Part shown: positions 44,813 through 53,937 of the stretch, one piece after another
Numbering within the stretch: the stretch's first letter is position 1
Layout of the letters: each line of letters opens with the position of its first letter
Source: an uncultured Acidimicrobiaceae bacterium
GTDB lineage: Bacteria; Actinomycetota; Acidimicrobiia; Acidimicrobiales; RAAP-2
Assembly: GCA_963830165.1 (NCBI GenBank)
Contig: CAWHKZ010000004.1
Location: 37,722 to 101,721, forward strand
Length of the DNA stretch: 64,000 bases
Reading direction: 5' to 3'
The notes under the pieces: model-generated
The model's input: only the letters and a program-made list of their open reading frames with translations
Database searches by the model: none
What the model was told of the DNA's origin: nothing
Translations under genes and position numbers: made by a program

Positions 44813-45607
44813 ATGGGCCGAGCGGTGCTGCTCGACATCGACGGGGTTCTGACCATCTCGTGGCAGGCCCTGCCCGGGGCCGCCGACACGCTGCACTGGC
44901 TGCGCGACCTGGGGTCTCCGGTCCTGCTCGTCACCAACTCCTCATCGAAGCCCCGCCGCACGATCGCCGGCGTCCTGGCCGACGTCGGTCTGGCCGTGGC
45001 CCCGGACGATGTCCTCACCGCCGTCGGGGCGGCGCGTGCCTACCTGGGGGCCCACCACCCCGGCGCGCCCTGCTTCGTGGTCAACGAGGGATCACTCGCC
45101 GAGGACCTCGGGGGCATCGAGCTGGTCGGGCCGGACCGTGCCGGCGTGGCGCTCCTGGGCGGCGCCGGCCCGAGCATCGGGTACGCGGACCTCGACGCCG
45201 TGTTCCGGCTGGCGCTGGCCGGCGTGCCCGTCGTCGCCCTCAACCACAACACCCGCTTCCAGACGGCCGACGGCCCTGCACTCGACATGGGTGCCTTCAT
45301 CCCCGGGCTCGAGGAGGCGGCCGAGATCGCCATCCCGGTCATCGGCAAGCCGTCGCCGCACATGTTCGCGGCCGCCCTGGCGGCGCTCGGTGCCGAGGCC
45401 GGCGACGCCGTGATGGTCGGGGACGACCTGGTGGCCGACGTCGGAGGTGCCCAGGCCGTCGGCATCACCGGTGTGCTGGTGCGGACCGGCAAGTTCCGGC
45501 CCGACGACCTCACCGGCGACGGGCCACGACCGGACCACGTCATCGACGGCATCGGCGACCTGCCGACCCTCCTGCGCGACCTGGGGGACGTGCCCCGACC
45601 GGGGTGA
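44813..45607 (+). CDS. HAD-IIA family hydrolase
   Basis: VLLDIDGVL (DxDG), LVTNSS, GKPSP and MVGDDLVADVGGAQAVG are present. Confidence 0.85.
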   Translation: MGRAVLLDIDGVLTISWQALPGAADTLHWLRDLGSPVLLVTNSSSKPRRTIAGVLADVGLAVAPDDVLTAVGAARAYLGAHHPGAPCFVVNEGSLAEDLGGIELVGPDRAGVALLGGAGPSIGYADLDAVFRLALAGVPVVALNHNTRFQTADGPALDMGAFIPGLEEAAEIAIPVIGKPSPHMFAAALAALGAEAGDAVMVGDDLVADVGGAQAVGITGVLVRTGKFRPDDLTGDGPRPDHVIDGIGDLPTLLRDLGDVPRPG

Positions 45608-45636
45608 GGCGCCGGCGCCCGGCGCACCATCACGCG

Positions 45637-45684
45637 ACACGCGCTCCCGACCCACACATCACGGTGCCGGTCGGGAGCGCGTGT
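45637..45684. terminator. Perfect 16-bp inverted repeat between the converging HAD gene and tRNA-Cys (probable bidirectional terminator)
   Basis: ACACGCGCTCCCGACC (45637-45652) and GGTCGGGAGCGCGTGT (45669-45684) are exact reverse complements, with a 16-nt loop. Confidence 0.55.
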
Positions 45685-45686
45685 TC

Positions 45687-45761
45687 TGGAGGCGGCGGGC
45701 GGAATCGAACCGCCGTACGGGGCTTTGCAGGCCCCTGCCTAAACCACTCGGCCACGCCGCC
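45687..45761 (-). tRNA. tRNA-Cys (anticodon GCA), CCA encoded
   Basis: Folded by hand: acceptor GGCGGCG/CGCCGCC, anticodon stem GGGGC/GCCCC with loop CT-GCA-AA, T-loop GGTTCGATT, 3' TCCA. Confidence 0.95.
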
Positions 45762-45811
45762 TGGAGCGCCCGGTGATCCTATCGCCCTGACCGGGATGCT
45801 TAGATCTGCAC

Positions 45812-46837
45812 ATGCGAATCGGACTGATCGCCCCTCCGTGGACCCCCATCCCCCCCGTGCTCTACGGCGGCATCGAGCTCGTGGTCGATCAGCTGGCCCG
45901 CGGTCTCCAGGACGCCGGCCACGACGTCCTGCTCTACACCACCGGGGACTCGAGCTGCCCGGTGCCCCGCCAGTGGGTGCTGCCCGAAGCCGAGGGCCGG
46001 CGCATCGGCATGGCCGTGCCCGAGCTGCGCCACGTCCTGCACGCCTACGAGGCCGTCCGGGAGTGCGACGTCGTCCACGACCACACGATCATGGGGCCGT
46101 TCCACTCCATCAACTATCCGGGTCTGCCCGTCGCCACCACCATCCACGGGCCGTTCAACAACGAGCTGACCGACCTCTACCGGGCCACCTCGGGCCGGGT
46201 GCCGCTCATCGCCATCTCCCATGCCCAGCACCGGGCGGCCCCCGAGATCCCGGTGGAGCGGGTCATCCACCACGGTGTCGACGCCTCGCAGTTCCCCATG
46301 GGCGCCGGTGAGGGTGACGCCGAGGGTCCCTACGTGGTGTTCCTCGGCCGCATGGCCGACGACAAGGGCTGCCACCGGGCCATCGAGGTCGCCCGGCGGG
46401 CCGGCTTCCGCATCCTCATGGCGGCCAAGATGCGCGAGCCGTGGGAGGTGCAGTACTTCGCCGACAAGGTGGAGCCGCTGCTCGGCCCGGACGCCGTCTA
46501 CCTGGGCGAGGTGTCCCACGAGCGCAAGCTCGAGCTGCTGGCGGGGGCCTCGGCCCTCCTCTTCCCCATCCGCTGGAACGAGCCCTTCGGCATGGTCATG
46601 ATCGAGGCCATGGCCTGCGGCACCCCCGTGCTGGCCTTCCCCGAGGGGGCGGCTCCCGAGGTGGTGACCGACGGGACCACCGGGTTCCTGTGCGCCGACG
46701 AGGACGCCATGGTCGAGGCCCTGGGCCGGCTGGGCGAACTCGAGCGGGTGGACTGCCGGCTGGCCGTCGAGGGTTACTTCTCGACCCACCGCATGGTCGC
46801 CGAGCACATCGAGCTGTTCGAGACGATGACCGCCTGA
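45812..46837 (+). CDS. Family 4 glycosyltransferase
   Basis: MRIGLIAPPWTPIPPVLYGGIELVV... and the C-terminal FPIRWNEPFGMVMIEAMACGTPVLAF (E-x7-E region). Confidence 0.9.
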   Translation: MRIGLIAPPWTPIPPVLYGGIELVVDQLARGLQDAGHDVLLYTTGDSSCPVPRQWVLPEAEGRRIGMAVPELRHVLHAYEAVRECDVVHDHTIMGPFHSINYPGLPVATTIHGPFNNELTDLYRATSGRVPLIAISHAQHRAAPEIPVERVIHHGVDASQFPMGAGEGDAEGPYVVFLGRMADDKGCHRAIEVARRAGFRILMAAKMREPWEVQYFADKVEPLLGPDAVYLGEVSHERKLELLAGASALLFPIRWNEPFGMVMIEAMACGTPVLAFPEGAAPEVVTDGTTGFLCADEDAMVEALGRLGELERVDCRLAVEGYFSTHRMVAEHIELFETMTA

Positions 46838-46859
46838 GCGGCAGAGGACGCCAGGCTGC

Positions 46860-47069
46860 TCAGTCGCCGTGGCGCCGGAAGAGCAGCCACCCGATCAGCA
46901 GCACCAACGCCACCAGACCGGCCACCTCGAACGCGTCCCAGACCAGGCTGGCCAGGAAGTGCAGGAGGCCCAGCAGGAACCACACGACCACCACGACGGC
47001 GACGACGCCGGTGACGACCTTGAGCGTCCCGTGTCCCGAGCCTGAGTCTGAGCTGCTCTCCTCTGCCAT
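46860..47069 (-). CDS. Small membrane protein (69 aa)
   Basis: MAEESSSDSGSGHGTLKVVTGVVAVVVVVWFLLGLLHFLASLVWDAFEVAGLVALVLLIGWLLFRRHGD has two clear hydrophobic helices. It is the tail of ORF 46860..47675. Confidence 0.5.
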   Translation of the reverse strand: MAEESSSDSGSGHGTLKVVTGVVAVVVVVWFLLGLLHFLASLVWDAFEVAGLVALVLLIGWLLFRRHGD

Positions 47070-47129
47070 CGTCCCAGCGTAACCCCCGAAGGTCGCGATC
47101 TGGCCGCGGCGCGGTGCTACGGTCCGTCG

Positions 47130-49478
47130 ATGTCCCTGCGTGTGCGCCGCCAGGAACTGATCGACCGTCCCGACCTGGGGGGCGACGCCTTCTGCCGGGC
47201 CTACGCGGCGGCGGCCGACGAATGGCTGGGGGGGCTCTTCGACGAGGCCTGCGGGGGTGACGCCCGGGGCATGGCCCTGGTGGCCGTGGGCGGCTACGGC
47301 CGGAGCGAGCTCTGCCCCTACAGCGACCTCGACGTGGTCCTCGTCCACAAGGGCCGCAAGGACATCGCCGCCACCGCCGACCGCATCTGGTACCCGGTGT
47401 GGGACGAGGGGATCTCCCTCGACCACAGCGTACGACGGCCCTCCGAGGTCCTCGACATGGCCGGCGAGGACCTGCGGGTGGCCCTCGGCCTGCTCGACGG
47501 CCGGGTCGTCTGTGGCGAACCGAAGGTGGCCGAACCGGTCCTCGAGGGCGCCAGGGACCGCTGGGCCCGCCAGAAGCCGCCGTGGCTGGGCGTGCTGGCC
47601 GAGGGCGTGGCCGAGCGCCAGGCCGCCAACGGCGACGTCGGCTTCCTGCTCGAGCCCGATCTGAAGGAGTCCCACGGGGGCCTGCGCGACATCGCCGCGC
47701 TGCTGGCCATGATGCGGGCCGTCCCCGTGCTGGCCGACTACGTCGACACCGTGGCCCTCGAGTCGGCCCGCTCGGTGCTGACCGCCGCCCGGGTCGAGCT
47801 ACACCGGCGGGCCGGCCGCGAGCTCAACAAGCTGCTGCTCCAGGAGCAGGAGCAGGTGGCCAAGGCCCTGGGCATGGTCGACGCCGACGAGCTCATGTAC
47901 GAGGTGGCCACGGCCGGGCGCAACGTGGCCTGGGAGGGTGACGACGCCTGGCGCCGCCGCAGTGCCTGGTCACGGGCCCAGGGCTCGCGGGGCCTCCGTC
48001 GTCGGGACCGGAACGCCGCGCCGACCACCGCCACCATCCCGGGCGAGCCCGGCATCGGGGTGACCGCTGACGAGGTGGTGCTGCTGGAAGGGGCCGACGT
48101 CACCGGCGACATCACCCTGTCCCTCCGGCTCGCCGCCGTGGCCGCCGAGCGCAACCTCCCCATCTCCCGCGACGCCCTCAACCGCCTCGGCCGCAAGGCC
48201 CCCGAGGCCGTCACCCCCTGGTCCGACGAGCTCCGCGGCACCCTGGTGCGGGTGCTGGCCGCCGGGCCGGCGGCCATCCCCGCCCTCGAGGCCCTCGACC
48301 AGCGCCGCCTGCTCGAGCGGTACCTGCCCGAGTGGGCCAGCGTCCGCAACAAACCCCAGCGCAACCCGTACCACCGCTACACCGTCGACCGGCACCTGCT
48401 CGAGGCGACGGCCAACGCCGCCACCATGGCCCACCGGGTGAACAGGGTGGACCTGCTGCTGCTCGGGACACTGCTCCACGACATCGGCAAGGGCTACCCC
48501 GGCGACCACACCGACGTCGGCATGGTCGTGGCCGCCGACGTCGCCACCCGCATGGGCCTGTCCCCGGCGGACGTGACGGCCATCGTGACCATGGTCCGGC
48601 TGCACCTGCTGCTGCCCGACACCGCCACCCGCCGTGACCTCGACGACCCGGCCACCGCCCGGCGGGTGGCCGACGAGGTCGGCGACCGGCCCACCCTCGA
48701 CCTGCTGGCCGTCATGGTGGAGGCCGACAGCCTCGCCACCGGCCCCTCGGCCTGGGGCACCTGGAAGGCGGGCCTGGTGGCCGACCTGGTGGAGCGGGCC
48801 CGCCTGCTGCTGGCCGGCGAACCGGTGGCCCCGCCCGCCCCGCTGATCACCGAGGAGCTCGAGGTGGTGATGGACACGGTGCGCAGCCACGGGGTCCCGG
48901 CCCTGTCCATCGAACCGCCACTCGTCACCGTGGTCGCCCCGGACCGCTCCGGACTGCTGGCCGAGGTCACCGGGGTGCTCGCCCTCCACGGGCTGAACGT
49001 CCGGTCCGCGGTGGTGGCCGGTGAGCACGCGGTGGCCGTCGAGATGTTCACCGTGGAGCCCGACCGGGGCCGCTGGCCGGACGCGGCCAAGCTCTCGAAC
49101 GACCTGGCCGCCGTCATGGACGGGCGGCTCGACGTCGACGCCCAGCTCGAGGCCCGGGCCCACACCTACCGCAACGCCGCCCGGGTCCGGGTGGCCCAAC
49201 TGGTGTCCACCCAGGTCACGGTCGACAACAACGCCTCGGCCACCGCCACCGTGGTCGAGGTGCGGGCCGAGGACACCGTCGGCCAGCTCCACCGCATCAC
49301 CCGGGCCCTGGTCGAGTGCCACCTCGACGTGACGTCGGCCAAGGTCTCCACGTTCGGGTCGGCCGTGGTCGACGCCTTCTACGTGCGGGGTCCCGACGGC
49401 CGCAAGCTCACCGATGCCCACCGGATCGCCGCCGTCGAGCAGGCCGTCCACGCCGGGGTGCACAGCCCCTCGGCCTGA
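47130..49478 (+). CDS. glnD: [Protein-PII] uridylyl/adenylyltransferase GlnD
   Basis: The nucleotidyltransferase motif is VAVGGYGRSELCPYSDLDVVLVH. The HD domain is HLLEATANAA...LLHDIGKG. Two C-terminal ACT domains are present. Confidence 0.9.
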   Translation: MSLRVRRQELIDRPDLGGDAFCRAYAAAADEWLGGLFDEACGGDARGMALVAVGGYGRSELCPYSDLDVVLVHKGRKDIAATADRIWYPVWDEGISLDHSVRRPSEVLDMAGEDLRVALGLLDGRVVCGEPKVAEPVLEGARDRWARQKPPWLGVLAEGVAERQAANGDVGFLLEPDLKESHGGLRDIAALLAMMRAVPVLADYVDTVALESARSVLTAARVELHRRAGRELNKLLLQEQEQVAKALGMVDADELMYEVATAGRNVAWEGDDAWRRRSAWSRAQGSRGLRRRDRNAAPTTATIPGEPGIGVTADEVVLLEGADVTGDITLSLRLAAVAAERNLPISRDALNRLGRKAPEAVTPWSDELRGTLVRVLAAGPAAIPALEALDQRRLLERYLPEWASVRNKPQRNPYHRYTVDRHLLEATANAATMAHRVNRVDLLLLGTLLHDIGKGYPGDHTDVGMVVAADVATRMGLSPADVTAIVTMVRLHLLLPDTATRRDLDDPATARRVADEVGDRPTLDLLAVMVEADSLATGPSAWGTWKAGLVADLVERARLLLAGEPVAPPAPLITEELEVVMDTVRSHGVPALSIEPPLVTVVAPDRSGLLAEVTGVLALHGLNVRSAVVAGEHAVAVEMFTVEPDRGRWPDAAKLSNDLAAVMDGRLDVDAQLEARAHTYRNAARVRVAQLVSTQVTVDNNASATATVVEVRAEDTVGQLHRITRALVECHLDVTSAKVSTFGSAVVDAFYVRGPDGRKLTDAHRIAAVEQAVHAGVHSPSA

Positions 49479-49554
49479 CCGGGACGGGCCGACCCCTGGA
49501 GGCGGGGTGATCTGGATTCCAGGGGTGCACTGGTAGAATGGGAGGAAGATCCCT

Positions 49555-50727
49555 ATGGCCGGTGAACACTCCCACTCCCGACGGCGCGCGCGAGGCGCCG
49601 AACCCTCGCCTGCCCGCCGCCGGCTCATCATCGCCGGGGTGGGTGTGCTGGCCGTGGCGGTGGTGGCCGGCGCCACCGTGGTGAGCCGCTCGGGCGCCAA
49701 GGTCTCGGCCAGCCCGACCACCACCCCCGCGGCCCACCGGTCCACCTCGAAGCTCCCGCTCGAGGTCGTGTCGGTCAGCCCCACCGACGGAGCCACCGAC
49801 GTCCCGAGTGACGCCAGCGTGACCGTCCGGTACTCGGCGCCGCTCTCGGCCCACTCACCCGTGCCCACCTTGAGCCCGCCCGTCGCCGGGTCGTGGCAGC
49901 AGGTCGACCCGACGACGATGGCCTTCGTGGCCGACGCCCCGCTGGTGCCCTCCAGCACCGAGACGGTCACCGTCCCGGCGGGCACCGGCGGCGTGCTCGG
50001 CGCCGACGGCAAGACCCTGGCCCAGGCGGCCACGGTGCAGTTCACCGTGGCCCAGGGCAGCACCCTCCGCCTCCAGCAGTTGCTCGCCCAACTCGGCTAC
50101 CTGCCGGTCAGCTTCACGCCCGCCGGGCCGGTGACGGCCCCCGAGGAGCTGGCCCAGCCCCAGGAGGGGACGTTCTCCTGGCGCTTCGCCGAGCCCGCTT
50201 CGCTCGAGTCGCTGTGGACCGCGGGGCAGGAGAACGTGATCACCAAGGGCGCGGTCATGACCTTCGAGAACCAGAACGGCCTCAAGGCGGACGGCGTGGC
50301 CGGCCCCGAGGTCTGGGGACAGCTCCTGTCCGCCGTCAGCGCCGGCACGGTCTACACGGCCGCCTACAACTACGTCTTCGTCTCGGAGACGCTGCCCGAG
50401 ACGACCACCGTCTACTCGAACGGCGCCGAGGTCTACTCGACCCTGGCCAACACCGGGGCGGCCTCGGTGCCGACGGCCGACGGCACGTTCCCCGTGTTCG
50501 AGCACCTGACGTCGACCACCATGTCGGGCACCAACCCCGACGGCAGCAAGTACGTCGACCCGGACATCCCCTGGGTCAGCTACTTCAACGGGGGCGACGC
50601 CCTGCACGGTTACGTGCGCGCCGCCTACGGCTTCCCCCAGAGCGACGGCTGCGTGGAGATGCCCCCGGCGAATGCCGCCGTCGTCTTCCCCTACACGCCG
50701 ATCGGCACCCTCGTCACCGTCAGCTGA
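49555..50727 (+). CDS. L,D-transpeptidase family protein (YkuD catalytic domain) with an N-terminal anchor, an Ig-like domain and a PG-binding-like domain
   Basis: TM anchor, then LEVVSVSPTDGATDVP (Big-like), LQQLLAQLGYLP...GLKADGVAGPEVW (PG-binding) and the catalytic ...ALHGY...SDGCVEMP. Confidence 0.85.
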   Translation: MAGEHSHSRRRARGAEPSPARRRLIIAGVGVLAVAVVAGATVVSRSGAKVSASPTTTPAAHRSTSKLPLEVVSVSPTDGATDVPSDASVTVRYSAPLSAHSPVPTLSPPVAGSWQQVDPTTMAFVADAPLVPSSTETVTVPAGTGGVLGADGKTLAQAATVQFTVAQGSTLRLQQLLAQLGYLPVSFTPAGPVTAPEELAQPQEGTFSWRFAEPASLESLWTAGQENVITKGAVMTFENQNGLKADGVAGPEVWGQLLSAVSAGTVYTAAYNYVFVSETLPETTTVYSNGAEVYSTLANTGAASVPTADGTFPVFEHLTSTTMSGTNPDGSKYVDPDIPWVSYFNGGDALHGYVRAAYGFPQSDGCVEMPPANAAVVFPYTPIGTLVTVS

Positions 50728-50733
50728 GCGCCC

Positions 50734-51567
50734 CTACCCGCCCCGGCGGGCGGACGGGAACTCCGGGGGCCGGCGCTCCCGCACCGCCTGGATCCCCTCG
50801 GTGGCGTCCGGTCCGAGGAAGCCCAGCATCTCGAGGGCCAGCGACTCGCCGAACACCGGGGCGGCCTGCAGCATCCACTGGTTCATGACCCGCTTGGTCC
50901 ACTGCACGGCCGTGGCGCTGCCGGCGGCCAGCTTGCCGGCGATGGCCAGCGCCTCCTCGAGCACGCGGTCGTCGGGCACGCACCGGGTGACGAGGCCGAT
51001 CCGCTCCGCCTCCCGCCCGTCCACGAAGTCGGCGGTCATCAGGTAGTACTTGGCCCGGGCCATGCCGCACAGCAGGGGCCACAGCAGGGCGGCGTGGTCG
51101 CCCGCCGCCACCCCGAGGCGGGCGTGCCCGTCGGACAGGCGCGCCCCCTCCCCCATGACGCTCACGTCGGCGAGGAGGGCGACGGCGAGCCCGGCTCCGA
51201 CGGCCACGCCGTTGACGGCCGACACGATCGGCTTCACGGAGGACAGCATCTCGTCGACGACGGCCTTGGCGTCCCGCCACTGCTCGAGGGTGGCGGTGTA
51301 ATCGGTCGTCATCCGCTCGACCATGGCGAGGTCACCCCCGGCGCTGAAGGCCCTGCCCGACCCGGTGATGACCGAGACGGCCACCGTGTCGTCACCGTCG
51401 ACGACCCGCCACACCTGGCTGAACTCCCGGTGCAGCCGCTCGTTGGCCGCGTTCAGCACCTCGGGCCGGTCGATGGTGATCAGGAGCACGCCGGGGGCGG
51501 GCCGGTCGAAGCGGAGGTGGGCGAAGTCGTCGTAGCCGGCGAAGGTGGTGGGGATCGGATCGGTCAT
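50734..51567 (-). CDS. Enoyl-CoA hydratase/isomerase (crotonase) family protein
   Basis: [15 protein letters not shown]...[15 protein letters not shown]...[19 protein letters not shown]. Internal Met of ORF 50734..52128. Confidence 0.9.
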   Translation of the reverse strand: MTDPIPTTFAGYDDFAHLRFDRPAPGVLLITIDRPEVLNAANERLHREFSQVWRVVDGDDTVAVSVITGSGRAFSAGGDLAMVERMTTDYTATLEQWRDAKAVVDEMLSSVKPIVSAVNGVAVGAGLAVALLADVSVMGEGARLSDGHARLGVAAGDHAALLWPLLCGMARAKYYLMTADFVDGREAERIGLVTRCVPDDRVLEEALAIAGKLAAGSATAVQWTKRVMNQWMLQAAPVFGESLALEMLGFLGPDATEGIQAVRERRPPEFPSARRGG

Positions 51568-51605
51568 GGGTGCATCATGGCCCGACTCGGGGGCCCGGGT
51601 CCCGC

Positions 51606-52817
51606 TCAGGGCCGCGACCGACCGGACCGGTCGACCACCGACTCGACGAAGGCCGCGTAGCGGTCGATGACCTGCGGCCACCGGAACCGGGCATCCACGT
51701 AGGCCCGACCCCGCCGGCCGAGCCCGGCGGCGAAGTCCGGGTCGCCGGCCAGGCGGTCCACGGCCACCTCGAACTCGCCGTAGCCGTCGAAGCACAGGCC
51801 GCCGCCCGAGCGGCGGCAGTGCTCGACGGTCGCCGCGCACCCGGCGTTGACCAGTACCGGGGTCCGGGCGCTCCACGCCTCGGCCACGACGAGGGAGAAG
51901 GCCTCCCACGGTGAGGGCGACACGAGGGCCGTGGCCCCGCCCAGGAGGTCCCACTTGGCCGCCTCGGACACCGTGCCCACCACGTCGAGGTCGGGGTGGT
52001 CCGGTGGTCGTTCGACCACCGGACCGGCCAGCACCAGGCGCAGGGGCCCCGGCCGGCGCTCCTTGTAGCGGGCGAAGCACGAGGCCAGCAGGCCCGTCCC
52101 CTTGTGGGGGTCGACCCGCCCCAGGCACAGCAGGTACGGGACGTCGGGCACCGGCGACGGTCCGGACGGGGCCGGGTCACCGGGAGCCGCGGCGACGCCC
52201 AGGTCGGGGTCGTCCACGCCCAGGCCGAGCAGGAGCTGACGGTGGCTCGCCACCGGGAACAGGCCCTCGACCAGGTGGCGCTCGGCCTCGGTCTGGAAGA
52301 CCAGGGCGTCGGCCGCCGCGAAGACCGGCGGGAAGATCGGCAGGTGCAGCGCCGGCTCGTCGTGGGCGGCCGGATGGAGGATGGTCGGCACCCGGGCCCG
52401 GCCGATGACCCGCACCGTGGGCCAGTACAGGTAGGGGTAGAACACCATGGCGTCGCCGTCCCACGCCTCGGCGGCGTCGGCCAGGTCCGGCGACACCGGC
52501 CCCTGCAGGTCGAGCCAGCGCTCGGCCTCGGCGTGCGTGGCGGCCGCCGGGTCGGCCAGCAGGGCGGCCGACAGGGGGTGGAACGAGGGCTCGCGCCCGG
52601 CCGCGGACGGGATGCGCACCACCCGGACGCCGGCGATCCACTCCTCCCCGGGCGGGTAGACGTCGGCCCAGGTGACGAAGTCGTCGGCGCACGTGGTGAG
52701 GACGTCGACCTCCCACCCCCTGCGGGCCACCAGGTGCTCGGCCAGCAGCCGTGCCGCGGTCTCGGCCCCGCCGACGATCGCCGGTCCGTAGCGGGGGACG
52801 ACGAAGGCGATCCTCAC
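51606..52817 (-). CDS. Family 4 glycosyltransferase (type 'D', paralog of 59039..60301)
   Basis: VRIAFVVPRYGPAIVGGAETAARLLAEHLVARRGWEVDVLT... and SPSPWEAFSLVVAEAWSARTPVLVN. GTG at 52817. Confidence 0.85.
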   Translation of the reverse strand: MRIAFVVPRYGPAIVGGAETAARLLAEHLVARRGWEVDVLTTCADDFVTWADVYPPGEEWIAGVRVVRIPSAAGREPSFHPLSAALLADPAAATHAEAERWLDLQGPVSPDLADAAEAWDGDAMVFYPYLYWPTVRVIGRARVPTILHPAAHDEPALHLPIFPPVFAAADALVFQTEAERHLVEGLFPVASHRQLLLGLGVDDPDLGVAAAPGDPAPSGPSPVPDVPYLLCLGRVDPHKGTGLLASCFARYKERRPGPLRLVLAGPVVERPPDHPDLDVVGTVSEAAKWDLLGGATALVSPSPWEAFSLVVAEAWSARTPVLVNAGCAATVEHCRRSGGGLCFDGYGEFEVAVDRLAGDPDFAAGLGRRGRAYVDARFRWPQVIDRYAAFVESVVDRSGRSRP

Positions 52818-52848
52818 GCCGGTGGCCCCGTCACGGGACGGGGCCCCG

Positions 52849-53937
52849 TCACGCCGCGCAGGCGGCCTCGAGGGCGGACACGAAGCCGTCCTGGACACGG
52901 GGCAGGGCGAACCAGTCGACGCGCTGGCCGGCCGCCGTCGCCAGCTCGGTCCGCAACCGGGCGTCCTCGACGACCCGGTGGACGGCCGCGGCCACCCGGG
53001 CCGGCTCCTTGTCGGGCAGGATCAGGCCGGCCTGGGCCACCGTCTCGGGCACCGCGGTGTTGCGGTAGGAGACGATCGGCAGTCGGTGGTACATCGACTC
53101 GAGCAGCGGCACGCAGAATCCCTCGTGGTTGGAGAGGCAGAGGAAGACGTCGCAGTGCTCGTAGTACGCGATGAGCTCCTCGTGGGTGACCGAGCCGGCC
53201 CACTCCACCGCATCGGCCAGGTCGAGCTCGTCGGCGAAGCGCTCGACGGCCCGCTGGTACTCCTCGGAGATGGCCCCGCCGACGATGTGCAGCCGGGCCC
53301 GGGGGTCGTAGAGCCGGCGATAGGCGGCCAACGCCTTCACCAGGTCGTGCTGGCCCTTGTGGGGGGAGACCTTGCCCACGAAGAGCAGGTCGGTCCCGCC
53401 GCCGGCCCGTCGGCTCGCGAGCCGGGCGGACAACGCCGGGTCGGGATTCCCGGTGAAGTCCTCGGGGTCGATGAGCAGGGGGACCGTGGTGGTCGAGGGA
53501 TAGCCCGCGTCGCGCAGCTCCATCTCGTTGTAGACCGAGTCGGCGATGGCGAACTCGGTCACCTTGGCGAGCTCGCGGAGCTGGGCCCTGCCCCAGCGCA
53601 CCTCCTCCCCCACCTGCGGGATCCAGGCTTCGATCAGGTCGGCCGGCGTGATGTTGTGGTAATTCACGAACTTCCGCTCGGGCCGGTCCCGGAAGATGTC
53701 GGCCACCCCGCTGCCGATCGACAGCTGGTAGAGCAGCACGCGCCCCGAGCTCGGCCGTTCGCCGATGCGGGTGATCGGGATGCCCTCGTCGAGCCGGTCG
53801 GGGCTGGCGTTGCCGTAGTAGACGTCCGACGCGTACCCGCGGGACCGGAGCAGGTCCCGGAGCTGCATGACGTGCCCGCCGATGGCGTCCCGACTGGCCA
53901 GCGTGGGGATCACCTGGTCGATCCGCGTGACGGTCAC
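52849..53937 (-). CDS. Family 4 glycosyltransferase (type 'E', paralog of 56882..58033 and 60298..61392)
   Basis: DLLFVGKVSPHKGQHDL... and CLSNHEGFCVPLLESMYHRLPIVS. The GTG at 53937 overlaps the wzt stop (GTGA). Confidence 0.85.
   Translation of the reverse strand: MTVTRIDQVIPTLASRDAIGGHVMQLRDLLRSRGYASDVYYGNASPDRLDEGIPITRIGERPSSGRVLLYQLSIGSGVADIFRDRPERKFVNYHNITPADLIEAWIPQVGEEVRWGRAQLRELAKVTEFAIADSVYNEMELRDAGYPSTTTVPLLIDPEDFTGNPDPALSARLASRRAGGGTDLLFVGKVSPHKGQHDLVKALAAYRRLYDPRARLHIVGGAISEEYQRAVERFADELDLADAVEWAGSVTHEELIAYYEHCDVFLCLSNHEGFCVPLLESMYHRLPIVSYRNTAVPETVAQAGLILPDKEPARVAAAVHRVVEDARLRTELATAAGQRVDWFALPRVQDGFVSALEAACAA

Noticed and set aside
49534-49539. Extended -10-like TGGTAGAAT upstream of the L,D-transpeptidase gene.
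   Set aside because: A TSS 6-8 nt downstream would fall inside the good GGGAGGAAG Shine-Dalgarno sequence (49540-49548) that serves the ATG at 49555. The two signals are mutually awkward, so I did not call a promoter.
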